A stretch of 38,400 bases of DNA from the UHGV virus genome UHGV-1783985; one strand, 5' to 3'. Below, one piece after another: positions 19,982 to 30,300 of the stretch; positions within the stretch are counted from its first letter, which is position 1; each line of letters starts with the position of its first letter. The notes under the pieces are model-generated. The model saw only the letters and a program-made list of their open reading frames with translations. It searched no databases and was not told the DNA's origin. This DNA comes from a virus. The position numbers were made by a program, and so were the translations under genes.

Positions 19982-20157
19982 GCTGCCACCTCTTTGATTA
20001 CATCAAATGCTGAATTAAATACGAGCACGATAGCCAAAGCGTTTATGACTACTTCGTTCACCGGGGAAAAGACTTTACGAATGACACCAGTGAAAATGCA
20101 GTCGATGACAAAAGCTATTGACACGATGAGTAACAAGTATTCAATAAAAATCTTCAT
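19978..20157 (-). CDS. Small membrane protein (59 aa)
   Basis: My own translation MKIFIEYLLLIVSIAFVIDCIFTGVIRKVFSPVNEVVINALAIVLVFNSAFDVIKEVAA; two hydrophobic segments; stop overlaps ATG of the secreted-protein gene. Below ORF-track cutoff. Confidence 0.4.
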   Translation of the reverse strand: MKIFIEYLLLIVSIAFVIDCIFTGVIRKVFSPVNEVVINALAIVLVFNSAFDVIKEVAA

Positions 20158-20196
20158 GATAGGTAGATACTAACTTATATAAATTTTACTGTAAAC

Positions 20197-20472
20197 TCAC
20201 TCAAAAGTGCTGATGCTTAAAATACGCTCAAGATGTGCGGCATCTTCATCACTGATTTGTTGAGTCTCTTCTACGTACCAACAGTTGCCGTTATGCCAAC
20301 AAACACCATCATCATCAACCATCACTGAATCAGCGTCATGACCTGTATATTCAACGAGAATACGCTGGATCAGCGCGTCAGTTTCTTCGTCGTTAAGGCC
20401 ATCGGCTTTGACCATAAAAAGCGGAAACACGTCATAGACAGTGCTGGTAACGATTCGAACTAAAACTCTCAT
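20197..20472 (-). CDS. Hypothetical protein
   Basis: 91-aa acidic ORF. Confidence 0.45.
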   Translation of the reverse strand: MRVLVRIVTSTVYDVFPLFMVKADGLNDEETDALIQRILVEYTGHDADSVMVDDDGVCWHNGNCWYVEETQQISDEDAAHLERILSISTFE

Positions 20473-20490
20473 GTGTTTTTCCTTTTGTGG

Positions 20491-20952
20491 TTAGTGTTTA
20501 CTTATTTTGTTAGTTATGAATAGGCGATCAATCTTCTTGTTTAGGGAAAAACTGTTCAATAACTCTGTCAACGGCTGTTCTATATGGAGTAGATGCCACA
20601 CAACCATATCTTTGCTTCCCATACCTTGTGTGAATATCACGTCATATTTACGCCATGCGCAGTGGAACCAATATGCTGAGTCATCAATTGGTAAATCCTC
20701 TCCCGCCTCTTTGAAGTATTTCAGCAGCATTGCTTGCTCTGCCGTTGGCGTTGGACCTATTTCCTGAGCGTACATACGGATAAATCGCTGCCAGTCTGTC
20801 TCGTCGGTGGTCGGAGCTGGTGGATTCATTTCGGCGATAGCGTTTCGTAGCTGATGCGCCCAATCAGGTTCAGGAAAGCCTTTTGATACTTCATCATCAA
20901 TAACATTCAGAGCCGCGTTTGCGGCATCGTAGAGTTTCTTAATTGCTGCCAT
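20491..20952 (-). CDS. Hypothetical protein
   Basis: 153-aa ORF. Confidence 0.45.
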   Translation of the reverse strand: MAAIKKLYDAANAALNVIDDEVSKGFPEPDWAHQLRNAIAEMNPPAPTTDETDWQRFIRMYAQEIGPTPTAEQAMLLKYFKEAGEDLPIDDSAYWFHCAWRKYDVIFTQGMGSKDMVVWHLLHIEQPLTELLNSFSLNKKIDRLFITNKISKH

Positions 20953-21043
20953 GTTTTCTTAACCATTTAAACAAATTGTTTTCTTAATAAGATAATTGCG
21001 ATAAAAAAGGCGTCCAACTGGACGCCTGAACTTTTAAGGGGAG

Positions 21044-21874
21044 TTATTTCACTGTAATGAAAGGAGTGTTAGCCCCTTGAGTCATGTACTGCGGTAACTG
21101 GCCATTCCATTTATTGATGGCTTCCAGTTCCATAACGTTCGGGTTTTGACGCAGAGCTTCACCGCGCAGACGAATAGCGTCTGCTTCTGCTTGCGCACGA
21201 GCACGAATAGCATCAGCTTCACCATTAGCCTGTTCACGCAGCATATTCGCCTCAGCTTTACGTTGTTCGACTTCCTGCTGACGTTGCAGAGTACGCTGGT
21301 TAGCCGTTACTTTGGCGTTGATAGATTCAATGACGGTTTTTGGGTAATCAGGCTTTCCAACCCATGACAGGCTCAGTACCTCAATACCAACCGGAGACAT
21401 CTCTTTCTGAATATCTTTCAGTGCGTTGTCCAGCAATTGCGCCTTACCACCGTCGATAAATGAGTCAGTGGTCATACGGCTGGCCAAACGGTTTAGAGAG
21501 TCGGCAATTTTCTGACGCAGATCTGATTCGGTGATATCATCTACGCCTTTGCGATAGGTCTGGAACACCGTCGTTACCTTGTCACGATTAACCAGATACG
21601 CAACGCCAATTTTGTGACCAATAGCAGTACCGTCACTCATCTGGAATGTGAACGGCTCGTCGTAGGTCTTCATTTGTTTGAAGGTCGGGAATACGTAAAG
21701 TTCGGTGTTAAGACCTGTCCATTGGCGACCAACGCCAACCACTTCACCAATCCCTTTGTCTTCACCTAATTTGTTTACTTTGATGCCAACGTATCCAGGC
21801 TCCACGCGATCACAGCCAGTAAGACCCATTGTGCAAATAGCCGCCAGAGCAACTGCAAGTAAACCTTTCTTCAT
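21044..21874 (-). CDS. SPFH/band-7 domain lipoprotein
   Basis: 276 aa; signal peptide with lipobox LTGC (Cys21); central region consistent with SPFH/prohibitin fold; C-terminal Ala/Arg/Gln-rich coiled coil (EADAIRARAQAEADAIRLRGE). Confidence 0.65.
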   Translation of the reverse strand: MKKGLLAVALAAICTMGLTGCDRVEPGYVGIKVNKLGEDKGIGEVVGVGRQWTGLNTELYVFPTFKQMKTYDEPFTFQMSDGTAIGHKIGVAYLVNRDKVTTVFQTYRKGVDDITESDLRQKIADSLNRLASRMTTDSFIDGGKAQLLDNALKDIQKEMSPVGIEVLSLSWVGKPDYPKTVIESINAKVTANQRTLQRQQEVEQRKAEANMLREQANGEADAIRARAQAEADAIRLRGEALRQNPNVMELEAINKWNGQLPQYMTQGANTPFITVK

Positions 21875-21877
21875 TAC

Positions 21878-22078
21878 TTATTTCCCCTTTGCTTTGATTA
21901 ATGAGTTAATAAACTTACGACCAGCAATAAGACCGATTACAGGAGTACCAAAACCAACGAGAACTCCAAGCATGACGGCCAAATCACTCTTTGCAGAAAT
22001 CAGCGACGGAACCAGTAATCCGTAGATGAGAGCCACTGAAAGACCTGTGGCTACTGCCAATAGATAGATTTTGATCAT
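21878..22078 (-). CDS. Small membrane protein, co-transcribed with SPFH lipoprotein
   Basis: 66 aa, two hydrophobic helices; 3-nt gap to downstream SPFH gene. Confidence 0.5.
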   Translation of the reverse strand: MIKIYLLAVATGLSVALIYGLLVPSLISAKSDLAVMLGVLVGFGTPVIGLIAGRKFINSLIKAKGK

Positions 22079-22170
22079 GTGTTTTCCTATGTGGTTGTTA
22101 TGCGAAAATGATAAGTAAGTGCTTATATATTTTCAAGAGATAAAAAAGGCGTCCATAGGACGCCTTGTGT

Positions 22171-24348
22171 TTACCCTTCTACTGACTCCGTGGGGGTATC
22201 TTTTGCTCTCCGGTCGTCGATTGCCTGTAAAGCCGCAATGATTTCAGCTAGTGGCTTCTCCCGATACATCTCGACGATCTGTGATTTGGTGTATTTCTTG
22301 TCACCAATTTCTACGCGCCCGCTGGCGTTCTTTGGCAGGTATCCTTCTTCCAGCATGTACTCGACGAGCGATTCGATAACGTCGAGGCCACGAGTAGGAT
22401 CGAAGTAGAATTTCCAGGTGCATTTGCCATACGGTGGTGCAACTTTGTTTTTGATGCACTCTGCGCCTACGTCCTGACCGATCTTCTCTTTACCATCCTT
22501 CATCACCGATGCACCGAGACGGATGCGCACAGAAGCGTAAAACTTCGGTGAATCGCCACCTGGTGACGTGCAATTGTGAACGATAAATCCATTTGCCGAA
22601 TTTCCAACCATATAGTTATGGTTGTCTTCAACACCAATGTCATAACGTCGTGTTAATGTTCTCCCCGCTCCCTTTTTTACCTTGCTCTCGCGGACATCTT
22701 TGACGACCGTCCAATGTTCATAGAATGAGACTACCGGTTGCATATCATAATTATCGACGAACTTGCCACGATACTCCGAGGGGAGCTTGTACTGCATAGA
22801 ATCAAAGACAAACGATGCAATATTCTCAGCAATTATGGCGCTGGATTCCTGGTCAAAGAGGAGGCCTCCCTTACGCGCGTTAACTTTTGATCTGATGCTG
22901 AATTTGTCGTACAGGATATCGGCCAGGTTTTGGAGATACCCTCTGCCACAGTGTTTTTTAGCCTTACGTTTAAATGAAATGTCGTATCGACCTCTGCTAT
23001 CAAGATGACCGTCATCCATTACCAGTAGAGCGAAGTTTTGCCAGGAGGCAAACTCCGTAAACACTTTTAGCGGATTTCTGACATAATCCTCCAGGTCTTT
23101 AAAATCGTTGTTAACAGGAGAGTCGTGTCTAATTCCGTACTTTCCTGACATTCGACCTAAAAGAACTTTTGTCTCTGTAAATTCGCCAAATAGATTCGAT
23201 AGCTTATCCGCTTTCCACTTTGAGTAAGACGGGTTCGCATTATCCTGAAAAGCAATGCCTGCTGTGGTTCTTTCGCCTCTCATCTTTCTAAAAGCGCAGT
23301 CTCCCACTAAGAAGCCGACAACTTGAGACCTGGTTTCATTAGTTAAAACAGTTGTGCGCTTGGTAAGCAATTCATCGCCTTCAATTATGTCTTTGGCCGT
23401 AGTCCAACCACGACGAGTCAGGATGCGGTGATCCTCTGTAAATGTCGCAGCCATAACCCCGTTTTTGGTATTGTGTCCAAGCGTGCTGATGTGTATCCAT
23501 TCCTCATCATCTGGCTTGCGGCCGTTATCATGCCATTCGTTGATTTTCTTTGGCTCGATAACGCCTGACTCTTCGTTGTACGACCACACATCTTTTTCTA
23601 TTTTGTTCTCTACAATTTCTCGGATAGTTGCGCTTGTGCCATCAACGAAAGGTATTATTGCATCCCCTCTCAAACATCTATCGCCAAACATAATTCCCAG
23701 ATTTGTCCTCATCTGATTGAGGAAAATTAAACAAGCATTGTATTTACGCGCCCACAAAGCCAGAGTAGGAAAGTTCGCACTCGTCGCACGCGCCAGCGCC
23801 GTATTGTCGTTCATGTTTAGCTGATCTTTGTCTTTGGCAGTGCCTTCAGCCATCTTTTCGAACTTCTCGGCTTTGGAGTTCGGAACCATAGACGCAAGTG
23901 AGTCAGCCACGATACAGATAGGTGCTGATTCAGGGATAAGCTCTTCATCACGTACCAATTTAAGTATTGTGCCGATCAACTCTACAGAGTCTTCGAAGGT
24001 ATCAGGCTGCTTGTATACCCACTGACCGTCATCCTCATCTGCGTTCAGGCCATTGGCGACAGCCAGGCCAACATCAAAACTGTTCTCATGATCGAGGAAT
24101 ACCGCCAGACCATCTTGTTTCTGAGCGGATATCATTGCTGCTGTTGCCAAAAAGGTTTTCCCCGCGCTTGGCGGCCCGAATACTTCTACGATACGACCAC
24201 ATGGGAAACCGCCATCGTAACGACCGGAAATAGCTTTGTTTAACGGAGGAAAGCCTGTGTCAATCCAATGAGTTACTTTCTGAATTTCGTCGTTGCTACC
24301 GATTTTCTTTTTCAGAGCAAGTGCCAGTGCGGATTTTCCTTTTGCCAT
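22171..24348 (-). CDS. RecA/UvsX-family recombinase interrupted by an intein
   Basis: 725-aa ORF. N-extein has Walker A GPPSAGKT; junction ...GIMFGDR | CLRGD...FIVHN | CTSPGGDSPKFYASVR. Spliced extein (about 357 aa) restores the RecA motif MFG-x6-GG-x3-KFYASVR. Confidence 0.8.
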   Translation of the reverse strand: MAKGKSALALALKKKIGSNDEIQKVTHWIDTGFPPLNKAISGRYDGGFPCGRIVEVFGPPSAGKTFLATAAMISAQKQDGLAVFLDHENSFDVGLAVANGLNADEDDGQWVYKQPDTFEDSVELIGTILKLVRDEELIPESAPICIVADSLASMVPNSKAEKFEKMAEGTAKDKDQLNMNDNTALARATSANFPTLALWARKYNACLIFLNQMRTNLGIMFGDRCLRGDAIIPFVDGTSATIREIVENKIEKDVWSYNEESGVIEPKKINEWHDNGRKPDDEEWIHISTLGHNTKNGVMAATFTEDHRILTRRGWTTAKDIIEGDELLTKRTTVLTNETRSQVVGFLVGDCAFRKMRGERTTAGIAFQDNANPSYSKWKADKLSNLFGEFTETKVLLGRMSGKYGIRHDSPVNNDFKDLEDYVRNPLKVFTEFASWQNFALLVMDDGHLDSRGRYDISFKRKAKKHCGRGYLQNLADILYDKFSIRSKVNARKGGLLFDQESSAIIAENIASFVFDSMQYKLPSEYRGKFVDNYDMQPVVSFYEHWTVVKDVRESKVKKGAGRTLTRRYDIGVEDNHNYMVGNSANGFIVHNCTSPGGDSPKFYASVRIRLGASVMKDGKEKIGQDVGAECIKNKVAPPYGKCTWKFYFDPTRGLDVIESLVEYMLEEGYLPKNASGRVEIGDKKYTKSQIVEMYREKPLAEIIAALQAIDDRRAKDTPTESVEG
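22573..23676 (-). mobile_element. Intein with LAGLIDADG homing-endonuclease domain inside the recombinase gene
   Basis: Residues 225-592: starts with Cys (CLRGDAIIPFVDG), ends HN followed by Cys+1; internal LAGLIDADG-like motifs VGFLVGDCAF and LLVMDDGHLD. Codon boundaries checked against the sequence. Confidence 0.75.
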
Positions 24349-24350
24349 GA

Positions 24351-24623
24351 TCAGGCTCCTTTTGTTTTGTTGATTCGTTTTAAAGCGGCGGATTCGTCGA
24401 ATACAATCGCATCGTGGTTAAGGAGTTTGGATAAACGAGCGAGGATTTTTACGACCTGCTCGCTGACTAATTCAAACTCGCGATTTGTCGCTTTCATTCC
24501 GGCAGCGCCTAGAATTGACGGCAGTGCGATGACAGCGTACTCACCGTGATAAAAGACAATCTCTTTTGCCAGTTTGGCAGGGGTGGTTGTAGCGCCATTA
24601 ATAATCGATTTAAGCATTAGCAA
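24351..24623 (-). CDS. Hypothetical protein
   Basis: 90-aa ORF between FEN and recombinase genes. Confidence 0.45.
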   Translation of the reverse strand: MLMLKSIINGATTTPAKLAKEIVFYHGEYAVIALPSILGAAGMKATNREFELVSEQVVKILARLSKLLNHDAIVFDESAALKRINKTKGA

Positions 24624-25612
24624 TACCTTTCGAATGGAAGAACAAACACTTCAAGGTCTTCAAGGAACGAACGGAAATTCAGCTCGTAACACAGTTGCTC
24701 GAATGCTTTCACGTCACGATTGCCTTTGATTGTTTCGATTTCGGTAGGCGGAAACTTCGTCTCAATCAGGTTCATTAGCGTGATGTTTCTCTTGAACGCT
24801 TCGAGCATTCGACAGCCTGTTTTCTCGTTGAAGGCATTCTTCGCTAGTTTGTTGAAGGCGGTCTTATGACGCCCTTTATTAACCACGATTGAGCCGTCGT
24901 TGATGCCGCGTACCATCGTTGCGACACTTCCCCATTCATGCAGCAGCTCTTTCGCACCGCCAGCACCAATGCCACCAACACCGCTAATGTTGTCCGAGTT
25001 ATCGCCTTGTAATGCTTTTGCTTCCAAAAATGCGCGAGGCGTGGCGAACCCTGTCAGCTCCGCAAATTGCTCAAAATTAACCTGCTTGTTTTTGGCGTCT
25101 TCACGCAGGCTTACCCAGCTTACGTTTTCACGAACTAACTGAAGCCAGTCACCATCGCCTGTTAACAGATAGATGTGTTCAACGGTTGGCTGCGGTGCCA
25201 TACGGGATACCAGCAGCCCGGCCAGATCGTCCGCTTCTGCATCTTTTGCAATGAGTTGGTTAACTCCAAGCGCGGTCATCATTTTGAGGATGTATGGCTT
25301 CTGGATAGCAAAGCCTTCCTTCATCTTTTTTATATCAGGGTCGTTGTCGCGATTTGCCTTGTAATCCGGGTAAAAGTCGCGACGCTTGTCACTAAATCCA
25401 TCCCAAAGAATCATAGGCCGGGCATGGAGAATTGAGGCATAACGACGGACGTTCTTAACAAAGCCGAAAGCAGCCTGTACTTCCATTTCGCCGTTATACA
25501 ATTTGTCAGATTTTTGGTGGTAATAACCCAGGCTATTGCCATCTACGAAGAGATAATTCACCGGTACATTCCTTCCAAAAAGTAAGGCGTCCGTAGACGC
25601 CTTACTGGTCAC
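24617..25612 (-). CDS. 5'-3' exonuclease / flap endonuclease (FEN, PIN-like)
   Basis: 331 aa; YLFVDGNSLGYY, AEADDL, LLTGDGDWLQLV, H3TH motif LQGDNSDNISGVGGIG. Confidence 0.85.
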   Translation of the reverse strand: MTSKASTDALLFGRNVPVNYLFVDGNSLGYYHQKSDKLYNGEMEVQAAFGFVKNVRRYASILHARPMILWDGFSDKRRDFYPDYKANRDNDPDIKKMKEGFAIQKPYILKMMTALGVNQLIAKDAEADDLAGLLVSRMAPQPTVEHIYLLTGDGDWLQLVRENVSWVSLREDAKNKQVNFEQFAELTGFATPRAFLEAKALQGDNSDNISGVGGIGAGGAKELLHEWGSVATMVRGINDGSIVVNKGRHKTAFNKLAKNAFNEKTGCRMLEAFKRNITLMNLIETKFPPTEIETIKGNRDVKAFEQLCYELNFRSFLEDLEVFVLPFERYC

Positions 25613-25621
25613 GTAATGGGA

Positions 25622-26650
25622 TTACAGAGAGTCAAGCTCTCTCAGTAGATCATCCAGACCTTCATCTTCCGTCGCAGATGCGGCTGCTACAGATGTCGCT
25701 GCGACTGCTTCAGACTCTTTGACTGATACGGCAACGGCAGCGGAACTTGCTTCTGGTTTAAATTCAGTTTCAACGGCACGGAGGATTTCTTCATCAACCA
25801 GACTGGTTGGTTCAGAAGCTGGGGTGTGAGCGGTTGCTACAGCAGTCGCACCCTCCGTATGACCAGTGACAGAGCCAAATCCAGGCAGTGCCGCGGCCGA
25901 TGTTTTCGCGGTAGAGGAAATTGCTGGTGCAGATGCAGAGGCAGTTGGTGCTGCGATGCCAATCAGACGGCCCATAGTGCGAATTGTCGAGAGAAGACGA
26001 GTTTCATCAGCCTGATTTACGAATGCGCTTAGATCATGCTGGGTGTTCCAGAATTTATCTTCGATATCGCCGTTGAAGACTTTACGCTTACGCGTGAGGT
26101 CATATACGGTATTGGGGTAAGAGCCAGTGCGATTAATCAGGAATGCGTAGCCTTCCTCTTTGCTCAGTGGATTTCCGATATCGTCAGCAATGTCTTCGGC
26201 GATTGCTTTGCAGATATCGTCGAAGACCGTGGACGGCAATTCGATTAACTGGCATTTCTCTGCATCGGCAAAGTCTTCACGCGCAGACAGAACACCGTTG
26301 ACTAGGTAGCGAGGGGACGCGCGCATTTTACTGATGCGATCTTCCATTGCTGTGTTATCCTTGTGACGAGCGCGACCTTCCATCACCATTTCGCATAGCT
26401 GACAAGCGCGACCGTGAGTTTGTTGCTCACAAATATAAGCGTTGGTGGCTTCTTTACCGTCCTCGTTCTGATACTTAACGTAGTGCATACCGAAAGTCTG
26501 GAAAAACTTACCATTTGGATCGTCTTTATTCGGGAAGATACGGATATAGTTGATGCCATCTTTTAAGCGAGCCAGATCAACGTTGTTACCACGTTTGGCG
26601 GCAATGTCTTTACGAGTTTTGTTAAGCAAATCAAGTAATGTCTTAGACAT
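25622..26650 (-). CDS. Single-stranded DNA-binding protein, T4 gp32-like
   Basis: 342 aa; YIRIFP block, Zn-binding-like CEQQTHGRACQLC, Ala/Ser/Thr-rich linker and acidic C-terminal tail EDEGLDDLLRELDSL, the same architecture as T4 gp32. Confidence 0.65.
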   Translation of the reverse strand: MSKTLLDLLNKTRKDIAAKRGNNVDLARLKDGINYIRIFPNKDDPNGKFFQTFGMHYVKYQNEDGKEATNAYICEQQTHGRACQLCEMVMEGRARHKDNTAMEDRISKMRASPRYLVNGVLSAREDFADAEKCQLIELPSTVFDDICKAIAEDIADDIGNPLSKEEGYAFLINRTGSYPNTVYDLTRKRKVFNGDIEDKFWNTQHDLSAFVNQADETRLLSTIRTMGRLIGIAAPTASASAPAISSTAKTSAAALPGFGSVTGHTEGATAVATAHTPASEPTSLVDEEILRAVETEFKPEASSAAVAVSVKESEAVAATSVAAASATEDEGLDDLLRELDSL

Positions 26651-26767
26651 GTGTTTCTCCTTGTTGTGATTTGACCGATGGCGCTATGCGCGTTGGGCTT
26701 TCGTTCATTCGTGGCTTTTTCGAGCTGTCAAATGATAGATCAGTACATACTTATTATCTATCAAAAA

Positions 26768-27316
26768 TCAGCGGGGAGTAATAAAGCGTTCAGAGCCTAA
26801 TCGATCTAACTCAACGATGGCCATCTTCGACGCCTGAACGATCATGTCTCGGCGATGCGAAAAGGCGGCGACAGCATGTTTGTATATGTCTGCGATGTGC
26901 CGTGCTTCATCCAACTTCTGCCGTTTAGACAGATACTGTGGGTTTGTTTTAACCTTAGCGTCCAGTACAGACTCATTGAACTTAATGCCGTTCATACTCA
27001 AGTTCTTACGCTCTGTGTCGTATAGCTTGGCTTCAACAGCTTCAAGGTTAAGTTTTGCCTCTGCGACACTTCTTTCTGCATGAGCGAGTTTTGAGCCATA
27101 CTCCATTAAAAGGCGGGGTTGTCTACGCCAGACTTCTTCCAGATTGTCTCGGTCAAACTCGAGATCAGACATTATTTTCTCGTAAATATCGGCGAACATG
27201 AGCATTTCCTTATCACTTATCATTTTGTATTTATTATAGCATTGTGATGATGAAGCAATGAGCTTGAAGATAGGGGGATGTGAGGGGATAAGGGAAAACA
27301 TGGCCTTTATGGCCAT
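26768..27316 (-). CDS. Hypothetical protein (start uncertain)
   Basis: 182-aa ORF; internal ATG at 27221-27223 (MISDKEML) is an alternative start; neither start has a clear RBS. Confidence 0.45.
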   Translation of the reverse strand: MAIKAMFSLIPSHPPIFKLIASSSQCYNKYKMISDKEMLMFADIYEKIMSDLEFDRDNLEEVWRRQPRLLMEYGSKLAHAERSVAEAKLNLEAVEAKLYDTERKNLSMNGIKFNESVLDAKVKTNPQYLSKRQKLDEARHIADIYKHAVAAFSHRRDMIVQASKMAIVELDRLGSERFITPR

Positions 27317-27326
27317 GTTTATTGGA

Positions 27327-30300
27327 TCACGTCTTAATAGTTTCTGCTACGTCGGCTAATATCGCTTCTAGTCGTTCCCCCTCTTCAGGTCTGAAGTAAA
27401 GAATGTTGGGGTTAAACCCGTAAAAGACAGTAACGTCAAGGTCTGGAAGATACTCCTTCCTGCCGACCAAATCGGATGGCTTGTTTTTGTTGTTAAACAA
27501 TGCCGTTGCCCGGCTGCCACACGTCAGCACATAGGTCGGACGCACCAGATTGATCTCTTCACGCATAAAGTCGGTGAACTGGCCGATCTCGTCTTTGGTG
27601 TAGTCCTTTTCTTTGTCTTTCATCTTTTTGCAAACGCCTGTGACATAGATATCGCCCATGCGCAGATCTCCAGCCGTCAACAGCTTGGCCTTAAAATCGT
27701 CGTATCCGTTCTCCATGAAGTAACCGGTTCGAGCATCATTACCGTTTGCATTGTCCAGAATGATCATGATTTTCGGCTTAATACCAATGCTGGGGCGGAT
27801 TAGTTCATCACCTAAGCTCATTTCAGCCGCCATCCGTGTCATGAGCACGTTAATCTCAGCCGAACGTTTGGGGTTCATCTCAAACGGACGTGAGGCTTTA
27901 ACTGCATCTATGACAAGGTTTCCCATCAATTCTGCCTGGTCGCGGAGACGCTCTGGATCAGTTGCTGGCAGACTACCTGGCTCTATGGATGCAAACGCAC
28001 CTACTTTTTGCAGTGATTCGCGCACTCGACTATTACAGGAACGTTTCTCGACAGCTTCTTCGAATTGCGCCAGTGACTCGAATTTGCCGCCAACTTTTTC
28101 TCGCGCTCTCATGATGGCTTGGCAGCCATTCTCAGAACACCCCTTCACAGCAGAGAAGGGCGCATACAGCACCTGGCTGCCATCTTCAAGCGTGCGGATC
28201 TCGATTCGGTTAGATGACACGTTAACGTCTGGTGGCAATACGCGAATACCATAGGTCAGCGCATCTTTAACCAGCCCCTGGTGTTTATCTTCGCCAAGAA
28301 TAGTGAGAGCAGCAGCGAAAAACTCTGCGGGATAATGAGTTTTCAACCACATAGATTGATAACTGATTAAGGAGTAAGCAACAGAGTGTGATTTGTTGAA
28401 CTGGTAGGCACCATTTTTCTCGAATGCAGTCCAGATCTCCTTCGCCTTCATCTCTGATAGCCCTGGATGTGACGCTGTAACGCGTACTGCGTTTATAGGT
28501 AGTTTTGCTCCGTGCTCAAGTGCTTCTTCGACAGTTTTCAGGGTTCCGTCTTCGCATTTAAAATGTTCCGCACGGTGAATGCGCTGTGTAGTGCCATCTT
28601 CCAGCTCAACGTCTATCCAGCCAGCTTGAGCCTGAACGATGAACTTCTCGCCCATGCTCTTCATTTTTTCCATGTTCTTCTTACCGATTGCGGAACGCAC
28701 ACCGTCAGCTTCAGCCATTGTGAAGCCAGCAAGCAATCGAGTCGCGTTCATCGTCTGTTCCTGATAGAGAATCACGCCATTTGTTTCTGCGGTAAGTTCA
28801 TCAAGAACGGGGTGTAATGATTCCGGCGTCATAAAGCCTTTGGCGACAGAAACATAATCATCCAACATGCCTGACTGAATTGGTCCCGGCCGGAAGAGCG
28901 CAGTCGTAGCAACAACCGTTTTAAAGCTCATTGGCTCAATTCCACCACCTAAATCTTTAAGCAGCTTGCGCATTGGGCCTGATTCAAGCTGGAAAACACC
29001 TTGAGTGTACCCAGCAGCAAAACCATCCAGCACCTTGCGATCTTCAAGAGATATGGCATCAAGATTGATATCTTCACCTGTGTTCTCTTTAATGTAGCGT
29101 TTTGCACTATCGAGCAAATCGAGAGTTGCCAGGCCAAGCACGTCCAGCTTAATTAGGCCCATAGCCTCGCAGTAACGCTTGTCAAATGCGATACAACGCG
29201 CGTCACCACGTCGTTCAACCGGTGTACGTTCTGTCAGAGGAACACCTGCTACGATCATCCCTGCCGCATGTCTACCAAAGCCACGCATAAGGCTTTGTAA
29301 CTTGCAGGCTGCATTGAATGCATCAGGGTATTTTGTCGCGTATTTGTCGAGACTTGCCAGTTGTTCGCGCAGCTCCTCCAGTGGAAGGCTATCATCCTCG
29401 ACGTTCTTCAGTTCTTTTGATACCGCCATATCTGCGGACTCCACACCATAAATACGAGCAGTGTCACGTAGTGCAGAGGCTGCGCCCAGATATGTGAAGT
29501 TCGGAATGCCTGCAACGTAATCTTCGCCGTAGCGTTCATTCAGATACTCGATCACCTCATGGCGACGTGCCTGGCTGAAGTCCAAATCCGCATCTGGCAA
29601 GTCGAGACGCTCAGGGTTGATGAAACGTTCAAACAGAAGACCGTGACGGATAGGGTCGACGTTGGTTATGCCTATGCACCATGCCACCAGAGAGCCAGCA
29701 GAGGAACCACGACCAGGCCCGACAGGAATGCCAGTTTCACGGCTGTGATTCATCAGATCGCGTACCATCAGGAAGTAACCACAGAATCCCAGGCGAGTCA
29801 GCGTATCCATTTCGTACTTAAGTCGCTCAACATAAACCCTGTTCTCAGAAGCCGGTGGTGTGTAGCCAAACTCTTTTGTGGTAAGACGTTTACGCAGCCC
29901 AGCAACGGCCAGTTTCATCAGAGTTGCAGGCTCGTCGTCTGCCATCTTTGGCAGTGCTGGTGGCAATTCATGCCAGCGCCATGTGCAGGCATCGATAATG
30001 GTATCCTGCGTTGTTGAGGCCATTGCAGCTGTTACCGGCACATCCATGCGAACGGAGAAGGCTTTAAGCGCCTCAAGGAGATGGCGGCGACCATTGACGG
30101 CGTTATCTCGCTGGTGGGGGATACGCAGACGATGCGGCTGGTCGATTTTGATGTTGTTCGTAACCATGTGCGCAATGTCTTTAATGTCTGCATCGTCGAT
30201 CGATTCGTAATAAGCGGGATAAAACGCTACTGGCTCTATTTTCAGTGCGCTGGCGACTTTCATCGCCCGGACGTTAATCTGGTCGTAGAATGGGGTAGGG

